NCBI GenBank assembly: GCA_000002445.1
Contig: CP000069.1
Location: forward strand, 704,001-768,000
Source of the DNA: Trypanosoma brucei
Taxonomy: Eukaryota
Direction of reading: 5' to 3'
Length of the DNA stretch: 64,000 nt
Positions 51,738 through 63,316 of this stretch are shown piece by piece. The first letter of the stretch is position 1; every line of letters begins with the position of its first letter. The translations under genes were made by a program, and so were the position numbers. A model generated the notes under the pieces. That model ran no database searches. It saw only the letters and a program-made list of their open reading frames with translations, and was not told where the DNA came from.

Positions 51738-53216
51738 ATGTTTCGTCTAGACGGCTGCCTGATGGGACGGTGGAGCCACCGAGACTTTTTGCGCGGTCGT
51801 ACAAAACTCGGTGGTTCCGTTCACACCCGACACACGCATGGCTCCCGCGGTCGCTACAAGCGGTTGAGCAGCATGTATGGTCTTAGGGATGGCCGGCGCC
51901 ATGCGTGGAATCATATGCACGGTGGGCTTGGTTTGAAGGCGGGAGGCGGGTTATTTGGCCTCCGTATCCCGCGGCAACATGCGCTTTCTACTCTGTCGAA
52001 GGAGGAGTACGATATCGCGCTGCACGGGCATCCCAACATTACAAACCCATATAGGTTGTACATGGATGAACATCCTGATTTGGAGAGTGTAATGCGTAAT
52101 GCCTGCTTGAAGGTGCAACTGGTATTGCTAATGCCCCGTGTACGGCGCACAGCTTTGCAAACCAATTCTCTGCCACCTTCATGGGAAGGCCTGCTGCGGC
52201 ATGTGGGAGAGGCATTGCAGGGTGAAATGAAGTTCTTAGGTCAAAGTAGAGGCGTCACAACTCACTTTACTACGATGTCCGCGTCGGCTACCTGCTCATG
52301 TTCTGCAAGTGATGCGCTTCGCGCTGCCGCTGTTTCCCTGTTTGAGGATCATGTTAGAGGGACCAAGTTGAAGGTGCAAGGGAGTAATTTGCTGCGTAGG
52401 GACGCTAAGGGGAGGTGCAGCAGATTCTTTGGTTCTGCGTTATCCAACCCTTGTATCCCCCTTTCCTTGTCAGCCCCAGCGTTAAAGGCGACGGCATTAC
52501 CCTCTTCCACACCACCGCAACTTCGGTCCGGTATCGGCGCGGCCAAAACCGAAGTGGCGCCCTCAGTGTTTAAACTATCGGAATACCATATGGACTCTAC
52601 AACACCTACCAAGAACTCCGACACCGCTGCCACTACTGTCACCACTAAGAGCGCGTATCACCTCACTCAGCGTGGTGCCCAACAACTCCTTTTGGACTTG
52701 CGGCATGATAATCCGGGTGCTCTCTGCATGTGCCTTCGCTTAGGTGAGATTATACACAATGGCGAGGACCTTCATGAGTGTGTTGGACAACAAAACGGTG
52801 GGGAACCCAAACGTAAACTGTTGCGAGAGGACCTTGATCCTGATGAAGTTGGTGTTTGGAAGCACCCTGCGACCTCAGTGGATGCGTTAATGCGCTGGCA
52901 GTACCTCAATTGGGACCCACGGGGACACTGTGCGGATGTGTTGCCCCACGATAAGCGTGTCCAGACAGTTTGCATATTTGTTGACGCTTCACGGGCGCGC
53001 TGCTACGGCGAGTTACCATCGACTGATACAAGTGATGGTGCACAGCAAAGGGTGTCGCGTTCACTGATGACTGAACAATTCTCCGAAAAGTTGTTAGAGA
53101 TGGATTACAAGTGTGTGGAGAGCAATGATCTTGTTGGGGCATTGGCAGGTTTGAAGCGCTGGTCGGTGGATTATCAGTGGCGAGCTGTTGACTCTCGGAT
53201 GCGAGCAGCGTGCTAG
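51738..53216 (+). CDS. hypothetical protein (492 aa). The true start is probably internal.
   Basis: Long + ORF with no motif recognised. Confidence 0.4.
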   Translation: MFRLDGCLMGRWSHRDFLRGRTKLGGSVHTRHTHGSRGRYKRLSSMYGLRDGRRHAWNHMHGGLGLKAGGGLFGLRIPRQHALSTLSKEEYDIALHGHPNITNPYRLYMDEHPDLESVMRNACLKVQLVLLMPRVRRTALQTNSLPPSWEGLLRHVGEALQGEMKFLGQSRGVTTHFTTMSASATCSCSASDALRAAAVSLFEDHVRGTKLKVQGSNLLRRDAKGRCSRFFGSALSNPCIPLSLSAPALKATALPSSTPPQLRSGIGAAKTEVAPSVFKLSEYHMDSTTPTKNSDTAATTVTTKSAYHLTQRGAQQLLLDLRHDNPGALCMCLRLGEIIHNGEDLHECVGQQNGGEPKRKLLREDLDPDEVGVWKHPATSVDALMRWQYLNWDPRGHCADVLPHDKRVQTVCIFVDASRARCYGELPSTDTSDGAQQRVSRSLMTEQFSEKLLEMDYKCVESNDLVGALAGLKRWSVDYQWRAVDSRMRAAC

Positions 53217-53375
53217 CACGAGTGGTGTTTTCTGCTCTGTTGTGAGCTGTATTTTTTTCGATGATGGAGAGGGGTGCAGTTCAGCAGTGGTTGTGCCATT
53301 TGGTACTCTTCACTTTCATAGGCGTGGGTGAGTCACAAAGTAGTTTGATGAGATGGATAACTGGGTACCCCTTCA

Positions 53376-54563
53376 TTGAGTTTTACTGTTAGTAACATAC
53401 GAATGTATGTATTTCGTTTCCATATATCGTCTTTCCACTCTTTTCTTGTTAACTTTTTGCAACCTTCAAGAGGGGTAGGTGAGCCATCACGCCTTCTGGA
53501 TCACCTTGAAACACACCCGTCATATATGCGACGCGTGACTTCCACCGCTGTGCACCGCACCGTTTCTTCAGTCCTGTCGCCGGCGCTCTTGCCGTCTTTC
53601 AATGGCACATTGCTGTTATCCGTTTGCTTTGCAAGTTGTTCAGCTGCACCGGTGAGAAATTTATACAAGCGCTTGGGACTTGACCATAAAGCAACATCCG
53701 AAGAAGTGAAGGCGGCGTACCGCCAACGTGCCCTTGAATGTCACCCCGACGTGGTGGATGATAACCGGAAGGCTCAAGCTGAGGTGGATTTTCGCGCAGT
53801 TTCTGAGGCTTACGACGTGTTAATCGACCCACAGAAACGCAAGGAGCACGACAAGGCACTTGGACTCGAGCGTACAGTACCTCCTGCAAAGAAGCAACAG
53901 GAGGGAGAAGGAGTGGGTTGCGATTCTAAGGGTTCATTTAATAGGGGAGTTACTCGGCCACGAAACCGGAAACCGTTCGTGCGGGGCGACGCAGATCGCA
54001 ACTTCCGTGAAGCATTTCACGGTATGTCGCTCGATCAAGTACTCTTTCGGGAGCGACTGAGGCAACGACGTATGCAAAAGCAGATGGAAGAAAAGGCAAA
54101 GGAGGGGGACGATGGCTCCCCCGCTGGACGTGAGGAGTCTATTCGGCGTGTGGCTGCTGCAGCGGCGGAGCGCTTTGCAGAAAAAGTGCGGCGACAGTAT
54201 GGACCAGGCATGTTGCGGCATGCGCGTGTGTACACAAGTTTGTCCCGTGATCCGCAGCCGCCACCGTCGGATTATATGCCCTTTCGCCCGTTCCATGGCT
54301 GGACTGTACCGAATGGTGTGCGGACGCCACCTGAACCGACTTTAGGTCCAACTGCAAAGGTGGAGGACGTGAAAGATGTGCAACTTGCAGAACCTGCGGT
54401 TGGTGATGCCAGCCACCAGCGGAAGTTGCCGAAACATTTCCCAGTGGTACAGGCACCGGATGGTTCTTCGTTGCTACGAGAGGAAGCCATTGCCTGTATG
54501 GAGCGGGAGCGGCGCTTACCACACAACATGGGAAAGTTGTACTCATATCACAGACCATACTAA
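53376..54563 (+). CDS. DnaJ (J-domain) protein. The probable start is MRRVTST (~53526), with a presequence-like N-terminus.
   Basis: J domain NLYKRLGLDHKATSEEVKAAYRQRALECHPDVV...AVSEAYDVLIDPQKRKEHD with an intact HPD tripeptide. Confidence 0.8.
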   Translation: MSFTVSNIRMYVFRFHISSFHSFLVNFLQPSRGVGEPSRLLDHLETHPSYMRRVTSTAVHRTVSSVLSPALLPSFNGTLLLSVCFASCSAAPVRNLYKRLGLDHKATSEEVKAAYRQRALECHPDVVDDNRKAQAEVDFRAVSEAYDVLIDPQKRKEHDKALGLERTVPPAKKQQEGEGVGCDSKGSFNRGVTRPRNRKPFVRGDADRNFREAFHGMSLDQVLFRERLRQRRMQKQMEEKAKEGDDGSPAGREESIRRVAAAAAERFAEKVRRQYGPGMLRHARVYTSLSRDPQPPPSDYMPFRPFHGWTVPNGVRTPPEPTLGPTAKVEDVKDVQLAEPAVGDASHQRKLPKHFPVVQAPDGSSLLREEAIACMERERRLPHNMGKLYSYHRPY

Positions 54564-55002
54564 CCGAGTCAGTAACTGAAGGGACTGCTGTGGTCCTCGG
54601 CTACTGGACAACTTTGTTATAACCTGGTGCGCTGGGTATTTAGGTTACTTTTCTTCTATTATTATTTTTCTTTGTTTGTCTGTGGGAATGATTGACGCAT
54701 TACGCCATTTACCCCTCCCTTCTTCAACTGGTGACGATATTAACCCTTCTATTTTACCGTTTAAATGTTTCCATTCACCTTCACACCACAAATGTGAAAT
54801 ACTGAGCGCATCCTTTGTCTACAAAAAATACACCACATCATAAAATATATGACGAGAAATACATATATTTCGATCAAAAAAAAAAGATCAACTAACAGCA
54901 GCAAATACGTATATATTGTAGAAGCCGAGAAAAGCCAAAGAAAAAGAAAAGAAATCAGTAGGGGAAGGTCAAAAAAAACACGACAACTCATTCGTTTCAG
55001 CA

Positions 55003-55724
55003 TGCGGCGGCAAATTCTTGGTGCTGCTTGTTTAGTTAAGGCGGCTGCAGCACCGGTCCTCACGGAGTCGGCCCGTGGCATTTACACTACATGGGCCTCG
55101 ATTCCACTGGAGCCGTGGGCAACGAAAGAGCCATGGCTGAAACGTCTCACCAATCAGTCGCGCTATCGTAGTTTTGAGTTTTGGCACGTGCCAGAGGCGA
55201 AGGCACCAACAGGTATTAAATTCTCCTCAGTGGAACTGTACCTCCTGAGTGGCATCGAAGATGATACCAACCGCCTCTTGAACTTAAGTTGGACGTACGA
55301 CTTTGACTCTTTCTGGAGGGACCGTGTGGACGCGCATGAGATGCTGTACAATTCTATCTACAAGAAACCTTCTTTCATTTCCGGGTTTTTGTTTGGAAAT
55401 TATTCAGACAATGAAGCTGGACGGAAACACATTGAGAAAAAGTTGAACTACCTCAAATCTGTGCTCCTTTGGGCTTTTGCTACGGAGCATTGCCACTCAG
55501 CCATTGTGAAGGCAAGATTCGTCATGCAACGTGATGTATGGAATGCTTTGGAGCGTGAGCGGTATCTTGCGGGTTGCTTGGAAGTGGTAGAGACCTTTAA
55601 GAAAGAAATACCTCAAGAGTTTGCAAAGAAGGCAATTGAAGAGCTCCAAAACGACCTTACGGCTATGCGGCACTGGGTATGGGACTGCCCGAATGTAAAG
55701 CGAGCGTTCCCACAGTTGTCGTAA
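55003..55724 (+). CDS. hypothetical protein. The ORF is drawn from 54849, but MRRQILGAACLVKAAAAPVL (55003) looks like the real start.
   Basis: + ORF 54849-55724. The first 50 codons are K/S-rich and low-complexity, so they are probably UTR. Confidence 0.4.
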
Positions 55725-55786
55725 TAGGAAGAAAGGAATTAAAAGTGTCAGTTTTCCTTTCCATAGTCGAACGGGGGGCTGCGGTG

Positions 55787-55808
55787 TCTGTGTGTGTGTG
55801 TGTGTGTG
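55787..55808. repeat. (TG)11 microsatellite followed by a G-rich tract
   Basis: tctgtgtgtgtgtgtgtgtgtggggtggggagggggga. Other (TG)n tracts occur at 38118-38134, 45770-45788 and 47110-47126. Confidence 0.9.
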
Positions 55809-57640
55809 GGGTGGGGAGGGGGGAGGAAAGTGAATAGCAAACAAAAGCGAAGAACCGAGCGAAAGCAAGAAGAAATAATTTTGAAAAAAAAACTATTGAA
55901 CATATTATTCGCTCGAGTCCATGAGAAATGAAGAGATCACAAGGGAATTGTACGGGGATATTTTATCTTTTTTTCTTCCCTCTATGCCTCCATAGCTGGG
56001 AGATCCAAGGGTGAATTCGAAACAAATACACTTGGGTTGATGTGAATGCGTTTTCTTTAAGTGTTCTTTACAAACTTTTCTCATTCATGTGGCCTCGTTT
56101 CGCTGGCTGCCATTTAGCACATATTTGAATTTAGTAACGGGAAGCCGGTTGTATTGCCCCCTTTTCCCCTATTATGAGGTACCTTCACTACGCCAACAAC
56201 GACACAAACGCGCCGCCACATCATCCTCCAATGACCATCGTATTATACATATATATATATATATATATATTGCGCATCATATTTCTCGATATCGCTCGGG
56301 ACTTAGCGCCAACGGAGTTGCTAAGTGAATGTAGATGATGTTGCAGTTGCGGTGGTGCCTGTCTGGAAAAAAAAAGAGAAGGCGTGTATGAGGGAGGAGG
56401 GGAAAGGGGAACTATGCCGTGTTTTCATCTTTGTAATATCTTTGGGTGTTTATTGGGTATATAAGTCTCGGAACAACCATTGGAGGATAGGGAGAGTGGA
56501 CTTTTTGAAAAAAGAAAAAGGTGGAGAAAAAGAAAGAAGGTAGGAACTATGGAAAAGACGTTTGCCGTGTATCGATGTATCACAAATCATCAGACGTGGT
56601 GGTGAAGTGCTCAAACCTGTCAGAAAATTGTTTTAGTTTACAAAAAAAAATAACAAAACGATTATCGTTACTTTCTCATCCCTGTATTTTTCCTTCATTT
56701 AGTTAGTAACAACACGCTTTTTTTCCCAGGTAAGCCCCGTGCGCACGGCGATGCAGTTCTAGTTCAGTGGGTTTCAAACAAAAAGGGGGTTTTCAAGTAA
56801 TCTCGTTATTATTTCCTCCCACTCTTTGCTCCTCCCAAGAATTCGTTACTTATCGGGTTGACACCTATTCTTTGCTTTGTACCTCCACGAGTGTTCGCAT
56901 TAATTTCATGTACGCACTTATTTCTTTACCTTTTCTTTTCTTTTCTGTTTTTTTTATATTTCTTTGCCTCGTATCTTATAGTGTTTATGTATATTTCGTT
57001 CGATTCATTGTAGTGTGGAAATGCTCTTAATGTTGCACAGTAGATTATTATTATATATATTTTTGACCCCCTCCCTTACGACCAGCAGCATGCGAGGAAG
57101 ACGTGGTTGTGGAATATCATGACATGAAGTGGCGGTAACTGCAGTCGCAATGAATTCATTTACATCCCTTCAAATCGTTCATATAGGGGAAATATGTGTA
57201 CGTTTGAAATGAAAAAAAAAAGGGAAGCAGTTCGGCCATCGAATGCGCAAGCGGTAAATACTTCTTTTGGCTCACACTTTCCTCCAAGTTTAGTCTTGAG
57301 TTATTTTAGTGCACTGCTCGTTAAGCGTTACCCGATTTAACGTTGGTACTTCTCTACCGGTTTATTATCGGTATTATTTTTCATGTGCGTCACTTTACTC
57401 CTTTTTTGATTGCTTTTAACTTACACCATTTGTTTTGTTAATGCGAATCTCACCTTCACCGATTGCCTGCAACAAACTTTTGTCTTTTTTTTCCTTTTTG
57501 AATTAAATGGTTTACTTTGCTCGCTTAACTGTTTCCCAAGTACGTCTGCTGGCCGGAAGGGCGAAGCGTGACGCGAAACTGTTCTTGTCGGTGCGAAGAA
57601 AAAAGGGGGAAAAACAATAAACAGCAGCAGAGAGAGTGCT

Positions 57641-58396
57641 GTGAAGGAAGAGACCAGAGACGAGGTAATTTCCCGCAGTGGAAAATTTGATGGTGATTGT
57701 GGCAGCGAAATGAGTTGGTTAACTCCTTCAGGTTCCTCATACTTTCTTTCCAAAGTGGTTGTAAACTCCGCACCGTGCGCTCCATTACATTTATTAGTGA
57801 TGCATCGATGCAGGGTTGCGTTTCCATGCGTGAATTACCGCCCTCTGCTTTGGCGCGGCATGTTGCAGGTCCCTTCGAGGCCAACAATATGTGATAATTC
57901 TCTCAAGGTACAGTTGCGCCACTCACGAATTAGTTCTTTCAAACAGGAGGGATATTACCGATTTGCAAGAGCCAAAGATATACATGTCGATGAATCATGC
58001 TTTACTTTGCTTACTGCGCGAGGTGGTGGGCCAGGTGGGCAAGGGTCGAACAGCAGCAGCAATAAGGTAGAAATGCGTGTTAACATGGCTTCTCTCAGCG
58101 AGTACTTTGATGAAGAATTGATTGGAAACATTAAAGCAAATGAATGCGGTAAAGCACTGACATCGGATGAGACACAGCTGATCATTTCAAGCCATGAACA
58201 CCGAAGTATGTACCAGAACAAAGAGGAATGCATTAGGCGGCTTCAGCAGATGATTCACGTGGCGTCATGGGTTCCTCCTGTGGAAGCTAACCCAATAAAG
58301 AAGCCCTCACATATCGTTTCTGAAAGAAAAAATGAGCGGAGAAAAAAAAGTGCAGTGAAAAAAATGCGTCAAACGGCTCGCAAAGGGCTGTGGTAA
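57641..58396 (+). CDS. peptidyl-tRNA hydrolase / class-I release-factor domain protein of the ICT1 / C12orf65 (mtRF-R) type
   Basis: Intact GGQ motif in ARGGGPGGQGSNSSSNKVEMRV, followed by the Lys/Arg-rich C-terminal tail (KKPSHIVSERKNERRKKSAVKKMRQTARKG) typical of ICT1-like proteins. The true start is probably internal. Confidence 0.7.
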   Translation: MKEETRDEVISRSGKFDGDCGSEMSWLTPSGSSYFLSKVVVNSAPCAPLHLLVMHRCRVAFPCVNYRPLLWRGMLQVPSRPTICDNSLKVQLRHSRISSFKQEGYYRFARAKDIHVDESCFTLLTARGGGPGGQGSNSSSNKVEMRVNMASLSEYFDEELIGNIKANECGKALTSDETQLIISSHEHRSMYQNKEECIRRLQQMIHVASWVPPVEANPIKKPSHIVSERKNERRKKSAVKKMRQTARKGLW

Positions 58397-58701
58397 CGTT
58401 TCTGCAGAGGAATTGTGTACACTCAAATGGTTATGAGTTCAACAGTTTTTTAGTTGTGTTTAAAAAAAAAACGTTTGTCACTACTTACTGCGATTTTACC
58501 TTTCCTTGAAGCTATATTTGTTTGATTTATTTCCATTTTTTATTTCCTGTTGCTCTATCTCCCCTTATAATGTAATAGTTAGTATTCAAGTCCATTCAAA
58601 TATAGAACTTTTGAACGTTGTTTTTTTTTTTTTCATCCCTTTAAAACAATATTTATATTTCTAATATCACATCTTATTGTGTTTAGCTGTTTGGTTCAGG
58701 T

Positions 58702-59142
58702 ATGTTAAGACGTTTGTTTACGCGCATGGCCCCGCGGGCAAAAAATCATGAGGAACTGATGAAGATGTTGCGCGAGGGTTCACAAGTGGGGAAGATGGCG
58801 GCATCGGAGGAAAGTGGCGTGACATTTCGCGACATCCGCACGGTTCCCATCGGTGAGTCAAATGAAGCAAAGCGGCGACGATTGCTCTATCAATCAACTT
58901 ATCGCGGAATGGTGGAGATGGACATTATTCTCGGGGCATTCGCGCGGCAAAACATTGAAACGTTGTCGGCTCCTCAACTGGAAGAATACGATGCGGTGTT
59001 AAGACATTTTGATAATGATTTGTATAAATGGCTCGTAATGGATGTTGAGGCCCCAGCGGAGGTTGCGCAGATTCCGGTATTTCAGTCACTGCATTCTTTT
59101 GTTAGGGATGAGCGGGAGAAGTTACTGAAATGTGCATCATAA
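58702..59142 (+). CDS. SDHAF2/SdhE-like protein (flavinylation factor of succinate dehydrogenase, Sdh5 family)
   Basis: RRRLLYQSTYRGMVEMDIILGAFARQNIETLSAPQLEEYDAVL...DLYKWL matches the SdhE/Sdh5 signature RR..L.Y.SRRRGM.ELDL.LG.F...L......F..LL...D.DLY.WL. The N-terminus MLRRLFTRMAPRA is presequence-like. Confidence 0.7.
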   Translation: MLRRLFTRMAPRAKNHEELMKMLREGSQVGKMAASEESGVTFRDIRTVPIGESNEAKRRRLLYQSTYRGMVEMDIILGAFARQNIETLSAPQLEEYDAVLRHFDNDLYKWLVMDVEAPAEVAQIPVFQSLHSFVRDEREKLLKCAS

Positions 59143-60291
59143 TTTAGCCTGAGCATATCGGTTTTGTTTTATTCTGCTTTTGTCGAAGTGGGAGGAGGGG
59201 GGGGGGGTTGAGCAGGTGGAGTGACTTAAAAAAAAAAAAGAAGCAAAATAAGGGTGTTTGTAGTTTTGCCAAGTGACTTCGCTACTTTCTACTGTCTGGT
59301 AAGTTGATTATATGCCCAGTTGCGCGTAAACGCTCGTGGAGCCGAGGTCATGTAATAGAAAAAACACCTAAAATTTAGTATTGGGGAATTTATTGTCATT
59401 ACCTACTGTGTGCGTGGCAACGCACATTGCCTCGTTTAGTTTGTTCCTCTTTTGTTGGTATCATTATCTTGATCATTACTATCATTATTGTTATAGCTAT
59501 TTTTTCATTGTCGTAATGGTTTTTGTATGTTTTTTTTTTTTACGATGCGTATCTATGTTTATTTTCCTTTTTTTTCTTTACTTCTTTCTCAATTTGATTT
59601 GAATATCTGTCCCTTCTTTCTCTTCGCGATAACAAAATATGTCTTTTTTTTTCTTTTACTATTATCCGACACTTCCCTATTTTTCACTGCTGCTGTGCGT
59701 CTGCAAGCACCACCATATATTCTGTGCAAGTTTTTGTTATTATTTCATTTGTACCCAATTTAGCAGACACGAGCCGGGTGAATGTGTGCGTCAGCTTGCA
59801 AAATTCATATTGGTAGCATCAAGTAAATAAGTTTATTTGGTTCTATGCGCTCTTATGAGAGGAAAGGAAAAAAAAAACGGCAAGTTTGTGGGTGAAGGGG
59901 GATCGACACTTTTAAAAAGGGAGCAGAAGAGAACGGAAGAGAGGTGAAAGTTAAAGGAAGGGATGCTGCAAATATTTCACACAGGAAACGAATAAACTTG
60001 AGAGAAAAGCATATGCTTATGTGAAGGAAAAGGGGACTTGGGGAAATAGGCAAAAGTCGAGTTCTCTTACGAGGACTAAACAAATAAAGAAAGGTATAAA
60101 CATATTTGAAATGGGTAAGAAAGGGATAAATAACAAAACGCTCACCACTCAGTAAAGAAAAAGTCGGGACAACGTGTGTGGGAAACAATGTCATGGGCAA
60201 ATGTGTGTGTGTGTGGAGAGAGAGAGGGGGGGGGGAATTATTTGTTTGTCGTCCTGCAGGGGTACTAAACAAAAAGATGACATAAAATAAC

Positions 60292-62991
60292 TTGTGCTGC
60301 ATCGTTGCTTACTCGCTGTGGATAAGTGCTTGTTCTCTTTTTCTTTCTTTATCTTTGGTTACTCCTATTCATAGAGAGAAATTCAGGGTGTGGGAGAGAT
60401 TGGGCTGCTACGTTCGTGTCAACGATATGGCGGAAATGCTGAACGAAACAGTCGTTTCCCCGCGGAAGTGGTATGTTCACGTGGCGGTTCAGTCATTCGA
60501 AGGAGAGTCGTGGGCCATGGTAAAGGGTGAGACAGCAAGGAATACCGCAGTTACTGCAGAACAATCAATGACGGTTGATACTGAAGGGAATCGGGAGAGA
60601 AATGAAAACTCCACAAGATCAGTGCTACTCCCATGTACGGATGCTATAAATAAGTTTTCCTCTGGTGTTGGGGGCGCCATGAATTCGGATAATTTCCTGA
60701 ACATCGTGCGGGAGTGCAACAGTGACGAGTCGTTAGTTAGCCGTGTGGCGGACGTTGGATTTGTTCTTAAACCATTTAGGGATAATGGCGGTAATGGCAG
60801 TTGTGAGAAGAACCGTGGCACTGTGGGTGGTGGTGACCGGCCTGCAGAAATGCACTACCAGCTTGTTCAATCTATTGACCCACTTCTAAAGGACGTATTG
60901 GAGCCACCTGTTTCTGCCGTTATCGATGACTGTGTTGATGCCACGGTGCTCGTTTACGGGGCTACGCAAGAGATGAAACACCTGGGCGTTGTTGGTACAC
61001 CGTCAGCGTGTGGTTTGTTGCCGAAAAGCATCTGCATGATCGTTAATAAGTGTTCTCAACATCGCAAGCAGACTCTGCTGGAGCGTGCGGCTACGGCCGA
61101 GTCAAATTCAACAGGTGGCTCAACGAACCTCACTGGCAGCAACATTTCTGGGGAGGGGACTCATAGAGGAAAAGATCATTGTTTTGTTGACGCTGAAGCA
61201 TCATTTATCGCTTTTGACAGAACCAATGTGGCGGATTTGTTGGACCTGAGTAATATCGACGTGGAAATTAGCTTTAATATGGCCCGGAAGGAAACACAAC
61301 CCAATAACGGTGGTGAAGACAGCACTTCTCAAGAATCACGCTGTGGTGTAACTTCCACCGGAGCCTGCATTAAAAACGCGCGTTCGCTGCCCGTTAATAA
61401 CGTAAATGATGCTCTCAAGGCACTTGATATTGGCCTCGAAAGCCTTGCTTCTGCTGTGAATAATGGTTTACTACCCTCAGAGATTGGTACGTCGCTGCTA
61501 TTTTCGCTTACTTTCTTCACGGACGACGGGCATGTGGCCACCTTCCGTATATTTTGTTTAGCCGAAGATGCTGCTGTTCAGGATTGGATCGTGTCATCGG
61601 TGCTATCAAGAAGTTCTGGTCCTCATAATGGCCCGGAACCACCGGTGTTACGTCACAATGCCGTGGCACTACTGATGCCTCTTCTGTGCCAGGGAAATGC
61701 ATTCGCGTCAGTGTTGCTTTGTGTATACAATTCTGTTACGGCACTTCAGCGACTCTCACGCGACTTAACTTTTGCCATCGCCGCACAAAAGCTCACCACA
61801 GCACCGTGTCCAGTGTCCCTTGTTGGAAGGAAGGGAATACCTTCGCTTGCCTGCGGCTCAGGGAGTCGCTTGCCGAATACCGGTCAGCGGAGTTTTTCAT
61901 CTGATAAGCACAAACGAGGCTCTGTGGTCTCGAAAAAGGAGCGACGAGTTGATCCTACCCACGTGGACTCTCCATTGAGCGGACTCACTCCACGCTCCGG
62001 CGTGTGTGTTCCGCTTAGTATGGACGATCAACTGATTCACGAGGAGGAATTAAGCAAAGCGTGTCAGGGGGAACGTTTTGTCGATATGCCCTTGCATAGG
62101 GCCAGTGGTGTTGAAGCACCATATTCAATTATTTTAACAACTGCAAAGAAGGAAACACGAGTGCTGCTGGGTCGCTCTCCACCAGCTCTCGCGGCTGAAT
62201 CGGGAGTGGCAGGCAACTTGAGTCATGGCGCTGAAACTGCTGCAGATTTGAATCTGGCATGTAGTGGTGAAGGTTGCCGTCATTCCTCTTCAGAGGCCGC
62301 CAACCTTTCCACTCGTGGGTCAGATGGAACTTTAAATAAGGTAGATGATGGTTGTCCCAGTGGAATAAAGAAAGTTGTAGATGCCGAACACAATGCTATG
62401 AAAGGCGTTTCATGCTCGGGAGTGCTGCAATTACCTTCTTTTGGTGACGGCGGGATTGAAAATGTTTCAAACAAAAGCGAAATTGGGAATGCCAAACCTA
62501 CAATGGGAAAGAATATAGATTATACTGCTAATTCCAGTGGCATCAGCAACTGCCAGGCGACGAGTCCCACTTCTGCAAATGTTTCTGATGCCCAACGCTT
62601 GCGATTCAAAGATATCCTGTGCAGGGATGAGGAACGACATGATGTGGGCAATGTCGATGTCCCCGCAACTTCTTCTGCATCCCCTCCACAGGGTGGAAAT
62701 GGTTCTGAAGCGGTTGCAGAGGGCCGAACAGTTTCCTCACTGGACCCTCATTCCACTTCAAGCGAGATGGAGTTACTTGTTGATGAATTTATTTGTTTCT
62801 ACCGTGATTCCTGCGCAACAAAAGACCGAGTGGCTCACCTGGAAAGGGAATTAGCTCGCGCCCGCAAAGCACTTGAGGGGAAACGGGAGTTGGAGGAAAA
62901 ACTGGCTCGGCAGCAGGACTTGACGGAAAAACTTCGTGAGCAGGTGGCTCTTTTGCTTGCTGAAAGAGAGTTGTACTGTGGGACGAGGTGA
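60292..62991 (+). CDS. hypothetical protein with a C-terminal coiled coil. The probable start is MAEMLNET (~60426).
   Basis: 899-aa + ORF, Ser/Gly-rich in the middle, with C-terminal heptad repeats (RELARARKALEGKRELEEKLARQQDLTEKLREQVALL). Confidence 0.5.
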   Translation: MCCIVAYSLWISACSLFLSLSLVTPIHREKFRVWERLGCYVRVNDMAEMLNETVVSPRKWYVHVAVQSFEGESWAMVKGETARNTAVTAEQSMTVDTEGNRERNENSTRSVLLPCTDAINKFSSGVGGAMNSDNFLNIVRECNSDESLVSRVADVGFVLKPFRDNGGNGSCEKNRGTVGGGDRPAEMHYQLVQSIDPLLKDVLEPPVSAVIDDCVDATVLVYGATQEMKHLGVVGTPSACGLLPKSICMIVNKCSQHRKQTLLERAATAESNSTGGSTNLTGSNISGEGTHRGKDHCFVDAEASFIAFDRTNVADLLDLSNIDVEISFNMARKETQPNNGGEDSTSQESRCGVTSTGACIKNARSLPVNNVNDALKALDIGLESLASAVNNGLLPSEIGTSLLFSLTFFTDDGHVATFRIFCLAEDAAVQDWIVSSVLSRSSGPHNGPEPPVLRHNAVALLMPLLCQGNAFASVLLCVYNSVTALQRLSRDLTFAIAAQKLTTAPCPVSLVGRKGIPSLACGSGSRLPNTGQRSFSSDKHKRGSVVSKKERRVDPTHVDSPLSGLTPRSGVCVPLSMDDQLIHEEELSKACQGERFVDMPLHRASGVEAPYSIILTTAKKETRVLLGRSPPALAAESGVAGNLSHGAETAADLNLACSGEGCRHSSSEAANLSTRGSDGTLNKVDDGCPSGIKKVVDAEHNAMKGVSCSGVLQLPSFGDGGIENVSNKSEIGNAKPTMGKNIDYTANSSGISNCQATSPTSANVSDAQRLRFKDILCRDEERHDVGNVDVPATSSASPPQGGNGSEAVAEGRTVSSLDPHSTSSEMELLVDEFICFYRDSCATKDRVAHLERELARARKALEGKRELEEKLARQQDLTEKLREQVALLLAERELYCGTR

Positions 62992-63271
62992 AAAAGAGGA
63001 GGGAAGTAATGACGACATGGCGGAGAATCGAAGCTAATCAAATTATTAAGGTATGGGATCACGGGGAATATATGGATTTAAGATGTAAAAGAAATAATAA
63101 AGGAAGTAAAGTAAAAGAGCTTGTGGAGGATATTTAAAAAAAAATAATAGATGGTGGTGACATAAGTTATGATTTTTGACGAGGAAATTATGTGGAGGAG
63201 GCATTGATTGTAATGTTTCTTGTGCTTTCCACAACTTCCTCTTTCTTTCTTTCTTTGCGCGGATCTGCACA

Positions 63272-63316
63272 TGTGTTTGTGTGTTTGTGTGTGTGTGTGT
63301 GTGTGTGCTTGTGTGT
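63272..63316. repeat. (TG)n microsatellite, imperfect
   Basis: gtgtttgtgtgtttgtgtgtgtgtgtgtgtgtgtgcttgtgtgt. Confidence 0.9.
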
